A DNA stretch of 64,000 nucleotides from Lama glama (Eukaryota), in assembly GCA_028534125.1 (NCBI GenBank), contig CM052817.1:75332001-75396000 (forward strand), read 5' to 3'. Positions within the stretch are counted from its first letter, which is position 1; the number at the start of each line of letters is the position of its first letter. A program made the position numbers and the translations under genes. The notes beneath the pieces are model-generated. The model did not search any database and had not been told where the DNA came from. It saw nothing but the letters and a program-made list of their open reading frames with translations. This document shows positions 12,749-27,328 of the stretch, in pieces.

Positions 12749-13329
12749 AAAAGTATGAAATAGGGTGTCTGTCATTTAGAATCCAGATTTACTTAAAATA
12801 GATTGATTTCACTATATAAATTACAGTTTTCATTTATTTACTATCAGTTTCATTTGACATTTAGGCTGCCATATTAATTTACATTGCAAAGAAAATATTA
12901 CAATTTATATAAATCTATTTTTGAATTTATTCTCCACAAAGGATCAATAAGTTTTAACAATCTTGAAATACACAAAAATAAACAATGAAATGATCTACTG
13001 ATATGTTAATAAGGTCTAGAGACTGAGTGTTTCTAGGGTATACAGGAAAACATTATACAATAATTTTCCTCGTTCTTGTATGCATTGAAAGGTCTAAGAA
13101 AATGATGTGGTTCAAGTCCTGAACAGAAGATAAATATAAACACTAGAAAAACTAAATGAATGGTCTTAGGTCATATGAATCAGAAGGCAGCAAAAATGGA
13201 CCATGGACCATGTTATCTAACATCCAAAATTCTACATGTACAACTCGATTAATTTTACATCATAAAATAATATATATTAATTACAAAGAATAGGAATTAT
13301 TAAAATTATTATGAGGAAATCTTCCCTTA

Positions 13330-13770
13330 ATCTTCTTAACCATTACTGGCCTCTTGGGTATTTCTCTCAAACACACTAAGCAGGCTGCTGGCCTAGGCTG
13401 TAGTTCTGATATCCATTTACTCTCTCTGAACATTCTCCTCCAAAACGGATTTATGTGATTCACTCCCTTTCTTCAAATCACATTGGCTCAGATTCTATTT
13501 AACACATAGTACTTTCCTGATTACTTGATATTTAAAATGGAAACTCTCTCATGCCTCCATCATTACCTCTGTTCTATGCTTTTTTCCTTTTATATAGCTT
13601 TTTTGTCACTTGATGCATTACATATTTATTTTGTTTGTTTACTGAATGCCTCCCCTCACTACATTTACATCTCCATTAAGACTTTGTCCATGTGATTCAC
13701 TATTGTATTTCACTGCCTGACAAACTCCTAGGAAGTAGTAGGTCCTAGTAAATATTTGTAGAATATGTAA
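13330..13770 (+). mobile_element. LINE-2 3' fragment
   Basis: ctcaaacacactaagcaggctg...tttgtttactgaatgcctcccctcacta...tagtaggtcctagtaaatatttgtagaat. Confidence 0.8.
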
Positions 13771-14069
13771 ATATATAAATATAATTAATCTGCACCCCTC
13801 CCTCAAACACACAAAAAAATGAACTTTAAATGTTTCATCTGTTTGTGACCTGGGCAACATAAATTGAAACCATAAAAAAGACTTAGACTTGAAATAATAA
13901 AAGAAGAGAGCAATTTCTAGAACAAGACAAAGTGGACTGCATGGAGAGAACAACCTGATCAGAGAGGAAACCTTAGTCAGAAGATGCTGAGTGCATCCTC
14001 AGCCCATGGTAGCTGCAAAATAAGAGAGCCTAAAAATATAAGACCCTAATCTCACTCTCCTCTTATCTC

Positions 14070-14977
14070 CAAAACAAAAAAACAGTCTACAGAATAGGAG
14101 AAAATATTTGCAAATGATAGAACCTATAAGGGATTAATAGCCAACATATATAAACAGCTCATACAAATCAATATCCAAAAAAACAAACTATCTGATTAAA
14201 AAATGGGCAGAAGAACTGAATAGACATTTTTCCAAAGAGGAAATACAAATCACCAACAGGCTTATGAAAAGATGCTCAACATTGCTAATCAACAGGAAGA
14301 TACAAATCAAAACCACAATGAGATATCACCTAACACCTGTCAGAATGGCTATCATTGAAACAAACAAACAAACACACAAATAACAAGTGTTGGCAAGAAT
14401 GTGGAGAAAAGGGAACCCTCCTACAATGTTGGTGGGAATGTAAACTGTTGCAGCCACTTTGAAAAACAGTATGGAAGTTTCTCAAAGAACCAAACACAGA
14501 ATTATCATATGACCCAGCAATTCTACTCCTAGGTATGTATCTGAAAAAAAATAAAACAATAATTCAAAAAGATACGTGCACCTCCATGTTCATAGCAGTA
14601 TTATTTACAATGGTCAAGATATGAAAGCAACCAAAGTTTCCATCAATGGATGAATGGATAAAGGAGATGTGGTACATATGTATAAATGGAATACTACTCA
14701 GTCATAAAAGTGAAAATTTGCCATTTGCAGCAACATGGATTGCTTTGTAGGGCATTATGCTAAGTGAAATAAGCCAGACAGAGAAAAGATAAATACTATA
14801 TATCACTTACATGTGAAATATTTAAAAAATCAACAAATTAGTGAATATAATAAGAAAGAAGTAGAGTGACAGATACAGAGACCAAATCAGTGGTTACCAG
14901 TGGGGAGAGGCAATTTAAGGGTATGGGAGTAGAAGGTACGAACTATTGAGTATAGGATAAACTACCAGGATATGTTC
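14070..14977 (+). mobile_element. LINE-1 ORF2 C-terminal region and partial 3' UTR
   Basis: gagaaaatatttgcaaat, aaaaaatgggcagaagaactgaatagacattttt, aaaccacaatgagatatcacc, gtggagaaaagggaaccctc. Confidence 0.95.
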
Positions 14978-15129
14978 ATTAAAAGATATAATTAGGAGAG
15001 AGAATAAAAGCAATTTTTTGAGTGGAAAAAGATTTCCAATAATATATCCAACAAAGTGTTAATATAGAGAATACATATTTAATTCTTCCAAATTCATGAA
15101 ATAAATAAAAGGAAGGCAACAAAATTTTA

Positions 15130-16430
15130 AAAATAAGCAAAAGACTCAGATACTTCACAGATAAAGGATATTCAAATATAAGAAACATGAAAAACGTATC
15201 AGTCTTCTAATTATCATTAGAATCCGTATCAAAATCACAATGTGAAATACTGTACGTTACTAGAATGACTAAAATGGAAAAATCAGAAAACATGTAGTGT
15301 TGAGAATGTAGAATAACAGGAGACCTTGTAGATTGCTAGAGTGTATAGACGTTTTGGAAAACTGTTTGGCAGAATCTACTAAATTTGACACTGTGTGGCC
15401 CAAACAGGTTATCCTACCATAAATGCTAAATAAAATGCATATATGTATTCACAAAGCCATCTATCTACAAAAATGCTATTATTAGCAGCATCATGGAAGG
15501 CAGAATAATGCCACCCCTCCCCTGCAGGATGTCACCCACAACTTATCCTGAGAAGCTAAAATTAGGTTATGGTACATGGTAGAAGGGGCTTTGCAGATAA
15601 AGTTATCTTTAAGGATCTTAAAATAGATTATTTTGGATTACTTAGGTAGGTCCAATCTAATCACATGAGCCCTTAAAAGCAAAGAACTTCCTCCTACTGA
15701 GAAGAGATGTGGCACAAGCAGAAGTGAGAGAGATGTGAAGCACAAGGACTCTGAGCAGTTGCTGGTTTGAAGCTGGAGGTGGCACCATGACAAGGAATGT
15801 AGGAGCTGAGAGAGGCTTCCATGAACACCTGAAAGCAAAAGGGAAATGAACTGAATTCTACCAACAAACTGAAGGATCCTAGAGGTAGACTCGTCCCCAG
15901 AGCTTCCAGATAGAGCCAAGGCCAGCAGATATCTTAGTCAGTCTAGTGAGACCTGGGGCAGGGATCCAAAGGAGCCCATGTAGACTTCTGACTTCCAGAA
16001 CTGAGAGACAAATGTGTTTCTATCTACTAAATTTGCACTAATTTGTTATGGCAGTAATAGAAAACTAATACATTTATTCATTACAGCCTCATACTAGAAA
16101 CAACCTGAATTTTCCTCTAAGAAGAATGAATACAAACAGGGTGGCATTAACATACAATGCAATGAAATACAGCAATGAAAACACACCGCCACTTTACACA
16201 ACACCATAAATCTCATGAACAAAGTATTGAATAAAAAAAGCCAGAGGTGACAGAGTACATCCTGTATGATTAAGTGTTTCCGGATACTAAGATATTGCAG
16301 AACTTGGGCAGGAATCCTGACTGGAAGGATGCATGGGGAATGTCTGAGGTTTGGGTAATACTGTTTCTTTTACTTATTGCTAGTTGCCAGATTGTGTTCA
16401 CTTTGAGAACATTTATTAACTTGCATACTA
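15130..16430 (+). mobile_element. Old L1 (L1ME/MC-like) 3' region split by an MLT1 LTR
   Basis: ttttggaaaactgtttggcagaatctactaaa; the motif tagcagca|tttattcattacagcc...gaaacaacc resumes after the LTR. Confidence 0.75.
15492..16072 (+). mobile_element. MaLR solo LTR (MLT1D/E-like)
   Basis: ggcagaataatgcc...tttgcagat...tccaatctaatcacatgagcccttaaaagc...tttgttatggcagtaatagaaaactaataca. Confidence 0.9.
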
Positions 16431-16968
16431 ATAATTGCTCTTATAAAACATTGAGAGAATGCACAGTAGTAAATATCAAGATGTTTTTATAGACCTAATG
16501 TAAAATAAATGATTTTAATACTGATGCAATAATAAAAACAAATAGGTCAACAAACAGAACAGAAATTCAAGAAATTTTCATACAGATATGACTATGTAAT
16601 TTATGGTTAATGAGACTGTCTTACAGCAGGAAAATGTCTTTTCAATTGGTTCAATTGGATATCCATATTGAAAAAATAAGTTTTGAGTCACATCTCATAC
16701 TCTATTTAAAAATTAATTTCATATGGGTTATAGATCTAAAAAGGAAAAGAGAAATAATAAAGGCTTTAGATGAAAACCTATTTGGGGTAGGCAAAAATTT
16801 TTTAAACAGGACACAAAAGCATTAACCATGAAAGAAAATATATATCTATCTATACATACAATTTGAATTACATTAAAATAAAAAAAAATCTGATAATCAA
16901 AAAAAATCTTGAGAGTGAAAATAAAATTTTCATAGTGAGAAAAATAATTGTAATATTTATCAGAGAAA

Positions 16969-17041
16969 AAATCTGTATCTCTATCTTCTATCTATATCTA
17001 TCTATCTGTCTATCTACCTATCTACCTATCATCATCATCAT
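16969..17041. repeat. (TCTA)n/(ATC)n microsatellite
   Basis: Direct inspection. Confidence 0.85.
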
Positions 17042-17096
17042 TTATTTACTTCTGCAAAATAAATAAAAATAAATCAGGATAACCAATAGAAAAGAC

Positions 17097-17300
17097 GTGG
17101 GGCTGCAGGGAGGGGGAAATGCGGAGTTGCTGTTAACAAGTATAAAGTTTCATTTCTGCAAAATGAATAAGTTGTAGACATCTTGTGTAAGCAATGTACT
17201 TATGATTAACAATTCTGTATTGTGCACTTAAAAACTTGGTAAGAGGGTATCTATCAGGTTAAGTGTTCTTACACACTTCAGGAAAAGAAAAAGAAAAAAA
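17097..17300 (+). mobile_element. L1MA/MB 3' UTR fragment nested in older L1
   Basis: ggggctgcagggagggggaaatgcggagttgctg...gtattgtgcacttaaaaa...gttaagtgttctta plus A-rich tail. Confidence 0.8.
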
Positions 17301-20239
17301 TGTGCAAAATGTATGACAGACAAAGCATAGAAGAGATCCAAATGACCAAATACTAGGAAAGTTGCTCAATTTCATTGGATTTCAGGATAATTCAAATTAA
17401 AATCACCATGTCCCACCATTATACATCAGCTGAATCATTAAACCTAAAAAAGAAACCAAAAACAACAACTCATACAAATGTTATTGAAGCTATGTAGCAA
17501 TTTGAAATCACATACACTGTTGGTGGGAGCTTAAATGAATAACTACTTTGGAAAATTGTATGGCTGTATGTATTACAGAGGATCATACATACATAACCTA
17601 TGATACAGGATTTCTACCTTCTTTTTATTTGAATTACTTTTTAACTTTCCTTGGAGTTGTATTCATTCATAAGCCTTTTTGTGTTGAATGCTGTGTTCAC
17701 TCATGTGAATTTTTCTTACTTAATAGTAAATATGCTTAAGACTATACATTTGTCTAAAAGCTCAAGTTTGGCTGTATTTAAAATTATCTACTGATCATTA
17801 TTGAATTTACTTTGTCAGAAACTGACAATGCATTGTTTCCTCAACAGTCATTTTTCCTTCATTTTCTTCCATATATTTCTAGCAATTCCCTTTAGTACAT
17901 TTAACTGGCTTCATACTGAATCTGTGATTTAAACTGTTTTATATTCACTTGAGAAAATGTCTTTTCAAAGTGTCCTTGCTGATGTTTATAACAATAGTTT
18001 CTTTAAAAATACCCTAATATTAGCGTTGTGCCACTTATTTTCTTATAGTTTATAATTGTCAAGTAAATATTTTTTCTGTTTTTTATTATTAGTCCTTCCA
18101 TGTCATTTAGCTTTATTTCAGGAGTGATGTTTTTACGCTGGAATAGTAACAGTTCCAAGTGAGTGAATACCCTCAAGGAATAACATTTTTAGTATCTTTT
18201 CGAGTTTTAGAGTATTTAAGACTGTGATTCTAAAAGATTATTTAGACAGTTTATTTTGACTTATTGTAAAAGCTGAGAAATACTTTTTAGGGTAATGATA
18301 ATTGCTTCTCTATATAGCACAAATGCATCAGATAACTTTTGAAACAATTTTTAAGATTCTCATTATGTATTGCATTATCATTGATCTGAGTTTTAAGGAA
18401 TATACTTTCATTTAAAATCTATTTCATAAAAACAATATTCTCTAGCTGGAGAAAACAGATCATCTGCTTCTATAATAACACAATATTTCATTTCTAAACA
18501 CTTGGCCTATGTAGTTAACATGAATCTCTTACCAGTTTTAAATAAAAAGTGAACTAAGTCTATACTACAATATAATGATAATAAAATATCTTATGTTTTA
18601 TTTATTTTTCTCTGATTTACTGAGTGGTTAATCTTTTCATAATTGAGAGAATGATCCTTTTCATTTCAGCACTTTATTCTACATGCTATATTTATTCCTT
18701 TACTTTGCTACAACATGTATTTTACCTTTTCCCTATGAATTGAGTTTTCTTTCAGCGATATTACAGTGAAGAAGAAACAGTAGAAATAGCCCATTTTCTT
18801 CACATTATTAAGAATCAGAAAAGTTTGTTATTCGTGCATCAACAGAGCCAAACTTCCTTTTTCCTCAGCTACATTTTTTTCCCCTTAAGGATGCCTAGAG
18901 AAAAGTTTAATGTGAAATGGCTTTCTATTTTAGTATTTTCTCAAGAGGATGATTAATAAATGCTTTAAATAATTGTTTAATTTGGTATTTTGTTTATAAC
19001 TGGTAAGAATAAAGATATTTTTGGCCTTTATTGACTATTCAAATTTCTACTTCTGTCTTTGATTTTCACGTGCACTGTGAAATTCATATTAAGTTATTAG
19101 GCTTTCTCACATCAATTTCTTGGAGTTATTATGAATATAAGTACTTTGTTGTATATATCACATATTAATGTTATGGGTCTGTGGCTTATGTGCAAATCTG
19201 TTTATGATACTTCTGCTGTTCCTAAGCATTTAATTAACAAGCATACACTGCTTACACATTTGTCTTTGCACTTTTGATGCCCATGCTGTCCATGCCTTAT
19301 TTAAATATATTATCTTACATTTCTTAGTAGTACTTTAGATAATGTTAGTGGTACTTATTTTTGTAAATGCTCTAAGAAAGATGTCTAATTTTCTATAAAT
19401 TGTCTCAGCATTTTTGCTGCATTATTTCTTCATTCCTCCCTTGTCTGAAAAGAAGCCATGATCATATGATAGAATCCTTATGTACCTGAATAAATTTCTA
19501 GATTATCTATTTTATACAATTGACATATTTATCTAATCCTACGCAAATGTGGTCTGTTGTCTTTCTAGATATTGGGCAAAATGTGATTGATTCGAGTTCA
19601 TATATTTTTTTTCCCTGTTCATTTTCTATTCTTAATTTTACCTTTTCTTGTGAAGTCTCTCCTTAAACTGAGCTGACTGGAGGCTGACCACGTTGTCAGT
19701 TAGAAATGTTATTTCTTTAAAAATACTTTAATATTAGGGTTGTGTCACTTGTATTCTTATGGTTTATAATTGCCCAATAATTACCCAGTCTTATTGTAAG
19801 TCTTTTCATGTCCTTTTGCATTTGGGCTTATGCAGCAAAATAACTGCAGTTTTAAAAGTGTGGCCCAATGAGCTTCTTGTCCTCTGACTAATCAGATAAG
19901 TAACACTTCCCTCAGGGAAGAGATGACAAGAGATGGTTAAGAAGTTGAAACTTTCACTAAAATCCACTCACGTGGGGAGGGTGGTTGCAATTTTCCATAT
20001 CTGTATACATATTACCACACCCCAATAGAAACTAGACAGGAATCCCCTTTTTATTCCCAAGTTTGTTTTTTTTTTCCCCCATAAAGTTTAACATTCAGGG
20101 CTAGGCTGGTCTCTCTGGAAGAAAACAGTAACATATCAGGCCCTGCTCTCCAGTATGTTACCCAGTAACCTCGCCCTGTCACTCTCCTTATGCATGTTAT
20201 GGTTTTGCTAATTCAAAGGGCATGCTGAGAACCACTCCC

Positions 20240-20362
20240 ACTGGCATCAGCTCACAATTTGTTAAAGATGCAAAAATTCAAACCCCACTCAGACATAATG
20301 AATCTAAATCTTCATTTTTATAACAAAGTCACAGATGATTAGTAAAGTTTGAAGGACAGTAT
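20240..20362. mobile_element. MER5A-like hAT-Charlie MITE
   Basis: gcatcagctcacaatttgttaaagatgcaaaaattc...cagacataatgaatctaaatcttcatttt...aaagtttga. Confidence 0.7.
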
Positions 20363-20579
20363 TCTATAAGACTCAAAGATGAATGATTGAAAAAGTACTG
20401 AGGTATTGATTATAGAAACCTCCAAAACAGATCAAATGAGGGCTTAAATTCATGTCAAAGCTATAGCACAATCTTTGAGGATAAGTTTATTTTTTGTTCA
20501 ACTTTCCATCTCAAACTATGCCTGGCTGTAGTGCCCTATATAGCTCACCAGAGAATCACTTAAAAAAATTCCCAGGTTG

Positions 20580-20727
20580 GGGGAGGGTACAGCTCTAGTG
20601 GTAGAGTGCATGCTTAGTATACACAAAGTCCTGGGTTCAATCTCCAGTACTTCCTCTAAAAATAAATAAATAAACCTAACTACCCCCCCAAATAAATCAA
20701 TTAATTCTTAAAAAAAAAATTAGTGAA
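20580..20727 (+). mobile_element. tRNA-derived camelid SINE (Vic-1-like) with perfect 18-bp TSD
   Basis: ggggagggtacagctctagtggtagag (A box), gggttcaatctcc (B box), A-rich tail. TSD aaaaaaattcccaggttg at 20562-20579 and 20728-20745. Confidence 0.92.
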
Positions 20728-21892
20728 AAAAAAATTCCCAGGTTGATCTCATTATTAAATTACACGAAAGAACTAAAATGCCAAATGAAAATACATTACC
20801 TTTTATTAAATAAAGGTGAACAAAATTAAAGTGTAAAATTCTTCACTTTCTAATGTATTATTAATTATACACACATATATGTATATATAATGTGTATGTC
20901 ACATTATTTGGTAAGAATTAGGAAACACTATTTTGATGTTTACTGTGTTGAACTCTATTTCTCTTATCTTTATCTGGGTTGCACCCTGAACCAGCATAAA
21001 GTCATGGCAGCATTAAACCTGTGAATTCATATGGTCAAATTACAGGTTCTAGAATTATTCCCTTCATCAGTTTCTTACTCACTTCTGTACAGGCTTTCAA
21101 ACTGATTTCGGATTTTTCAGTATATATACTCTGATTATGATGCTGTACTTCAAGAATTGAGATAGCAAGTTAATTCCCAGAATGGAGATAAATTTTATAA
21201 ATAAACACATAAACCAATATGGAGACTTTTGTGTACAGAGTACACATCATCTGTCACCATTATTTTTAAAGAAGAGACAAAAACAAAGACTTAATGGAAT
21301 TACTAAAAGCTCAAAGGCAAAGAAGACCATTATAACTGTGTGTACCTGAAAACTGTCTCAAGGCAGCAGGTTTATTGGAGACTTAGAGATTGAGTAGGAA
21401 AAAGCAATGGAAGGAAAAATAAAATAAAGCATTTCTTAGTGAAAAATGTTAAAAACTTAAGTAGCTAGCTAGATAGATGTATATATATACACACACATAC
21501 AAGTTAAAAGAGAAATATCCCTAAGTATTGCTAAAATTGGGCTAGGAAATACTGAATAGTGTAGTTATTCCTAAGTCAAAGAGGCCACTGGGACTCAACA
21601 CTGTTCAACAAAGTCAAGATATTAGTGGTCATACTGGAATTATATACCCAGGGGAAAGCAGGATCAAGAACAATAATTAAGAGATGTGCTCTGAAACTGG
21701 TAGAGAAGAAGCTGATTATTACAGCAATTGAGGAAAATCTCCAAATCATTTCATCAGTAGTTGTTAGGTGATTATACATTATTTGAAACAATTTTATGGA
21801 AAAGTCCTGAAAGCTCAAAGTGACAGTTGCTGTAGTTAGGAAAGTATGTATGATCAGAGAAGCTTCAAAATTATAGCATTTGAGTTAGGGGG

Positions 21893-21945
21893 TTGTGTGT
21901 GTGTGTGTGCATGCGCATGTGTCTATGTGTGATGTGAGTATGTAT
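21893..21945. repeat. Degenerate (TG)n microsatellite
   Basis: Direct inspection. Confidence 0.8.
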
Positions 21946-24900
21946 GAGGCGAAGTGTTAATTTGAGCTATATGAATGTACTGACAAAATATGCCTCCCAA
22001 ACCTTGATTAGACATTGGGAAGATATCTCCTGGATGGATAACCATAAATAAGTGAGAGTCAACAGGATTTGTTTAAATAATGCATGTTTTGGCAGGCTCA
22101 AAATTATTGGCTCATTATATCTTACAAGGGAGGGGTTTGAAAGCAAAATAAAATGAAACACATTAGGACAAAAACAAGAAAGATTTGGCCTAAAACAAAG
22201 AGAAACATCAAGGTACCATGGTACTGAGATACAGAAAACATATTTGTCCTCTCTATTGAAAAAGATACCAAATCAGCTTAAGAAACGGAAGAAAATTTAA
22301 ACAATTTAGCTGGGCTTGCTTCAAAAGAATAGGAGAGAGAACATAAATACAATACTTGGAAGCAGATATAAAAGTTATTTGAGGCCTAGAAAATTCAAAT
22401 GCTGAGGAATGAAAGCAATAATGGACAGGTGATGGCATAGAGTTCATTGGTCTTCAGTGGCAATATAGGTACAAGCCTTGGAAATATTTACAATAGTAGC
22501 TTAGTATCTTCTGAAGCTGATTCCTTCTTGACAATTATAGAAATGCATTCTTAGAAAGTAGGATTTATAAGTAGCCAAAGCATCCACTTGTAGCAGTGGT
22601 ACACAGAACTCTCAGAATCCTAAAGGAGATAAGAAAATGGGCAGGGAAGAGACAGATTGTATTTTTGGGAAAACACAAATGATCACACACTTGAGTGGTG
22701 AGTGCTGTTATGAATGGAGGTACTATGTTCAAGAGAGAAAAGAGGCTACAGTATACAAAGAAACAAATAATTAAAAAAAAACAAAATGTGCATTTAATTC
22801 AGTACACACATGTCACAGATAATAACAGGAAAAGGAAAACTAAGGTATGTCTGGAGAGGAGACATTTAAAGTGCTTTTATCCAATTTTCAGAATTTTATA
22901 AGTTAGGTTTGCTTCAAATATCACTCACTACAAGAGGAGGCAGGATGCATAAGGATCCTGCATGGAGCAAAATGTCTCAGTAAACTCTATGCCGATAGGT
23001 TTCTACAAGTGAAGTAGTCCTTAGATTGTGGATCTCAGACAGCTGACAGTGACAGGTTTATATTCTGGATAACTGAACTCAAAAGAAATGCTCATTTCTC
23101 TCAGATTCCATGTCCTTTCAGCTTTTCCCAGAACATGTCAAATTACTGTCCACGGCCACCAAGTACATAACTCTGGGAATTTCAGTCACACAGAGTAAGT
23201 TGAGAATGACTTTTTTTCCACAGAGTTGTGAAACAGGGACCCCTAGCTGGCAGTGGCAATAAGGGGGCATAAAGCATTAATTTTGCCAATATTGCACAAA
23301 AAATTAAAATAACATGAAATGAAAAGTGATAAATTGTCACTCTATTATCTTCCTAAATAATAACCTCTCAGACTAATCCTGTGATTTGTATAGATAGAAA
23401 AATAGTTTTAATTAAAATTTGTACTTTGAAAAATACTCATAATATGAGGTCATAATGATTTTTCATATGGCCCACTGCAATTTCCTGATGTTCTAAAGGA
23501 TTCAGAACTAATTCCTTACACATTTTATTTTTAAATGGTACATTTTTAATATTTTGATGCAAGTGTTCCAAGATGATACAATTCAAAAACAAATTCCTAG
23601 CCAAAAGTGGTACTGCAATAGTAAATTGTTTTTACAGATTTTTATATTATTCACATATGCCATTAATCATCACTCTCTGATAACTATAAAAAAACTTAGA
23701 CTCCTTTATAAAAAAAATCACATTAAAATGGAACTTTAAGCATAAGATGAACATATTTTTGGAATATATTTTATATTTTATAAGCTTACTCTTGGCTATA
23801 TCTTTGTTGTGAACTTTCAAATCTCAGATTACATCAGTCAGAGAGCTGGGAAATCAATGAGTCTGTTTTGGTGTTTGCATAAACATATGATGATCTTACC
23901 AAGAAAGGGTCATCCTTCTCTTATGGAGAGATAAAATTCCCAGAGCCATTCATCATTTTTGGGTCTGGTTAAAAAAAAAAAAAAAAGAGCTATTCTTAAT
24001 TTTATGAAAAGCAACTTGTTTTTACTATCTGTGTTGTAAGAAGGAAAAGCTACTGAAAGCCAAATCGATGCTATAACATGTCCTGCCTAAAAATGGTATT
24101 CAAATCTTTGGAAACTCACAGTTGGTATTCACAGCATTGTGTCAGCCAGAAAATACCTCAAGTGTAGAGGAAAGATTGTAGATGTTGACTTGGATTAATG
24201 TTATCTTTCCAAACACCTTTATGACTTTGTAATTTTTGTCTGTGATGTACAAAAATATAAAAAAAAAGTTATTATTATTATTTACTTAAACTTTAATATA
24301 AATAAAATGCATTCATGATAGTAAACCAGATTACAATAGCCTTAGGGTCTAATGAAATATTTAAAATTTAAGAAAAGTTTTCCTGGAAAGTAAAAGGTGG
24401 CAGCATTTAAGAATACCTTACTGGGTTAACTTGTGAAAACAACGAGGACAACAGCAACAAAAACACAAGACAAAACAAGAGATAAATCTATTTTTCCAGT
24501 AAAGCTATTATACTATCTAAAATACAAAGATCAACTAGCATAAGGTTAAAACACAGAACAAAATGAAAGAATAAGTGAAACGGACAGCTCCCCGTTGTCC
24601 AATTTTAAAGGTTATTTTCCCTTTGACATAATCACTTCTTTTATGTCACTCTGATTCAATTGACTTTATGTGGTCCAAATATCAGTTGAGACACTCCCCT
24701 TTCCACAAATATTTGCAGAAAAGGCTTTTGAGAAGAGATGAGTGAGCACCGTATTCCTGACATCAGTTATAAGTCAATTCATAAGTTCTCCTAAAACTAA
24801 TAATCTCAAGCAATTGTAATTTAAAATTTCTTGACCACTGATTGGAAATACATAGCAAGTTTAAACAGATGATTAGCTGTCTTCTATGAGGAGCACTTAT

Positions 24901-25179
24901 AGTTCCTTCTAAAGGAAAGCTTAATTGTATGTAAGCCCTGTCAGCAAACTGACATATAATTCCAGCTAAAATACATTTTCACCAAAGTTTGTCAGAGACC
25001 AAATCCCATGGGTACTGAGAAAATCTGGCACAATCAAAAACAGTCATATTTTTAACATGGAGTTCCTACTTCTTGTGCCATAATCATAACAATTCAAAAT
25101 GAATTTAATGTGCTCTCACATTCATGCATTTTGTAAAGTTAAGTACTGCATGCATATTAAGAGGGAGAAAAAAGAATAG

Positions 25180-25325
25180 GAGGTGTGGTTGGTAGGAAGA
25201 CCTGATTTCTATATTTAGTCCTAATCCAGCCCTCTTTGAACAGCCTTCTTAACCTTTTGAGCCACACTTCACTAATTTCTAAAATATGTGTTTTTTAAAA
25301 TCTGTAAGGAATCTCCAAACTCTAA
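25180..25325 (+). mobile_element. Degenerate MIR fragment
   Basis: aggaagacctgatttcta...cttaaccttttgagccacacttcactaatttctaaaat. Confidence 0.5.
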
Positions 25326-27112
25326 GGGAAGCCTTATTTATGACAATGAATAAAAGATAAAACTAAAAAACAGAATTATTCATCAACCCATAGAAATATT
25401 ATCATTTGTATTTTAAAAGTTTTCCAAGACTAAATGTGTTTAATTTGAGTAAATTAATTCAAATGAGACTAGTCATCTACTGGGAGAGCTTTGTCCTGCT
25501 TTGATACCTAAATCATCAACTCTGATGCATGTTACCATGGCATCTCAAGAATTTCCAATGTGCTTGCTGAGTACAGTATTTTTTTTTAAATTATAATGAC
25601 CATTTACTTTAAAAAATGTCCATTAGTGATCTTTTAAAATAATTATTTAATTTTTTGCTAAGGATTCTATTTTGTGTGCTGTTTATATATTGTTTTATTT
25701 ATCTATTTTGTTTTTGTTTAATGGCCACTTTTTATGTCATTCAGTTTTAAGTATTTCTTGAGTCATTACTAGTATCAAACAAACATTGTGTTTTGTTTCT
25801 TACCATGAGGCTAGATTTTTTAAAATGTCCCCCTTTAGCAGTAGGAATATTTTTTCAGTTTAGTTTCATAACTACTATATTGTTTTATCATTTATTTTAT
25901 GATGTCTTTTTTAGTTCTCTTTTGTTTTGTATTCCATCATTTTGCTGAACTATACAAACTATTTAGCCCCCCATTAGCTATACAGTGAGATTCTTAGATA
26001 CACAGCTTTCTTTAAAGTAGATTAAAATTTACCTTAATACTTTTTAAGCCACATGTTTACCAGAGACAGTCTTTAAAAACATATTCAACCCACAACTGAA
26101 ATTCCCACCAGACACAATTTTTGTTTCTTCCTTTCGGAGCATATTTTATGTTCCCAATTCAATTACTTTTGCAAATCTCTCCATTAAAAAAAAACTCTGA
26201 TTTACCTTATAAATAAACAATTATGACATCTAAAAATGTGCCAAGGAGTAGGGTATGCCTGTATTCTATAGCCAGTTGGCACCCAAATGTTAGCCAATGT
26301 TAGCTGGAGTTGTGATGGTTTCATTGCTTCATTAGTCGATATATCTCCTCAACAAACATACTTTAGTTTTATAGCTTCTCACCAGAAATTTTATCTACAA
26401 AAGTAAACTTAGCACAGAAAACTAGTATGAACCTTTTCAATCTTAATTTTTCCCCAAATCACTTCCATTGTCTTCATTTGGCTTACTACTATTGCCACAG
26501 TGGGAATATCTGCACCTTTTCTTAATAAAAAGGTCTAGTGAAGCTTATCTTGGCATCTTTAAATTCAGCTTAAAAATAAATAGAGGTTTTACTTCTCCAA
26601 TTCAGCTAATAAAGTTAAATATATAAAATCAGAGTTAAAAAATTAAAATTATTATAAAATAATGTTAAATATTTGCCTAGGTTTACATATTCTCAGATTT
26701 TTATATAATTATGGGTTACAATTGACAAACTAGTCTTAAAATGTCAAACATCACAATGGAGCCTACTGCACATGGTGAGTACACAGCTTGTTCAATGTTC
26801 AATTTATATAAGTTTGACTGATCCCAATGGATTTATAACTTTTTCAGAGATAAGCATACTGATAATGCACTTACATGTAACAACTGCTTTAAAAATCTAT
26901 AAAATTTTCTAAGATTATTTTTTTCTCAGTTCCTGAATTTATCTAGTTCTGGACTGGTAACTAGTAGTTTGGCAACCAGCACTGATGTGCAGGCTACACT
27001 AATGTTTTAATCATCACCTTGGTATAACAAAAATATAGCCCTCAACCATGGAATTAGTATAAACACCTAAAAGTAGAGCTATTAGTTCAGGTTCAAGAAT
27101 TCACTAGTCTTA

Positions 27113-27168
27113 TTTGATACACCATTGTAAAATGACTATATCTCAATTAAAAAAAGTAAAAAAAAAAA
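27113..27168 (+). mobile_element. 56-bp L1 3'-tail insertion with 18-bp TSD
   Basis: tttgatacaccattgtaaaatgactatatctcaatt plus poly(A). TSD aagaattcacta(g/t)tctta at 27095-27112 and 27169-27186. Confidence 0.9.
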
Positions 27169-27328
27169 AAGAATTCACTATTCTTAATGTGTTCCATCAC
27201 CCAGAAGCAGCTGACCTGGTAAAACTGCAAAATGGCATATCGCAGAATCATTCATAATGCCAGGAGGCAAAGAGAATTCCCTGCAAGCATAGGAAGTTAT
27301 TCTATGTCATGCCCTATGTGCCTTTAAT

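Larger units (their letters stand above)
16480..17635 (+). mobile_element. Old L1 (L1ME-like) ORF2 3' fragment
   Basis: caattggatatccatat, catctcatactctatttaaaaattaatttcatatgggttatagatctaaa, actactttggaaaattgtatggc. Confidence 0.75.
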
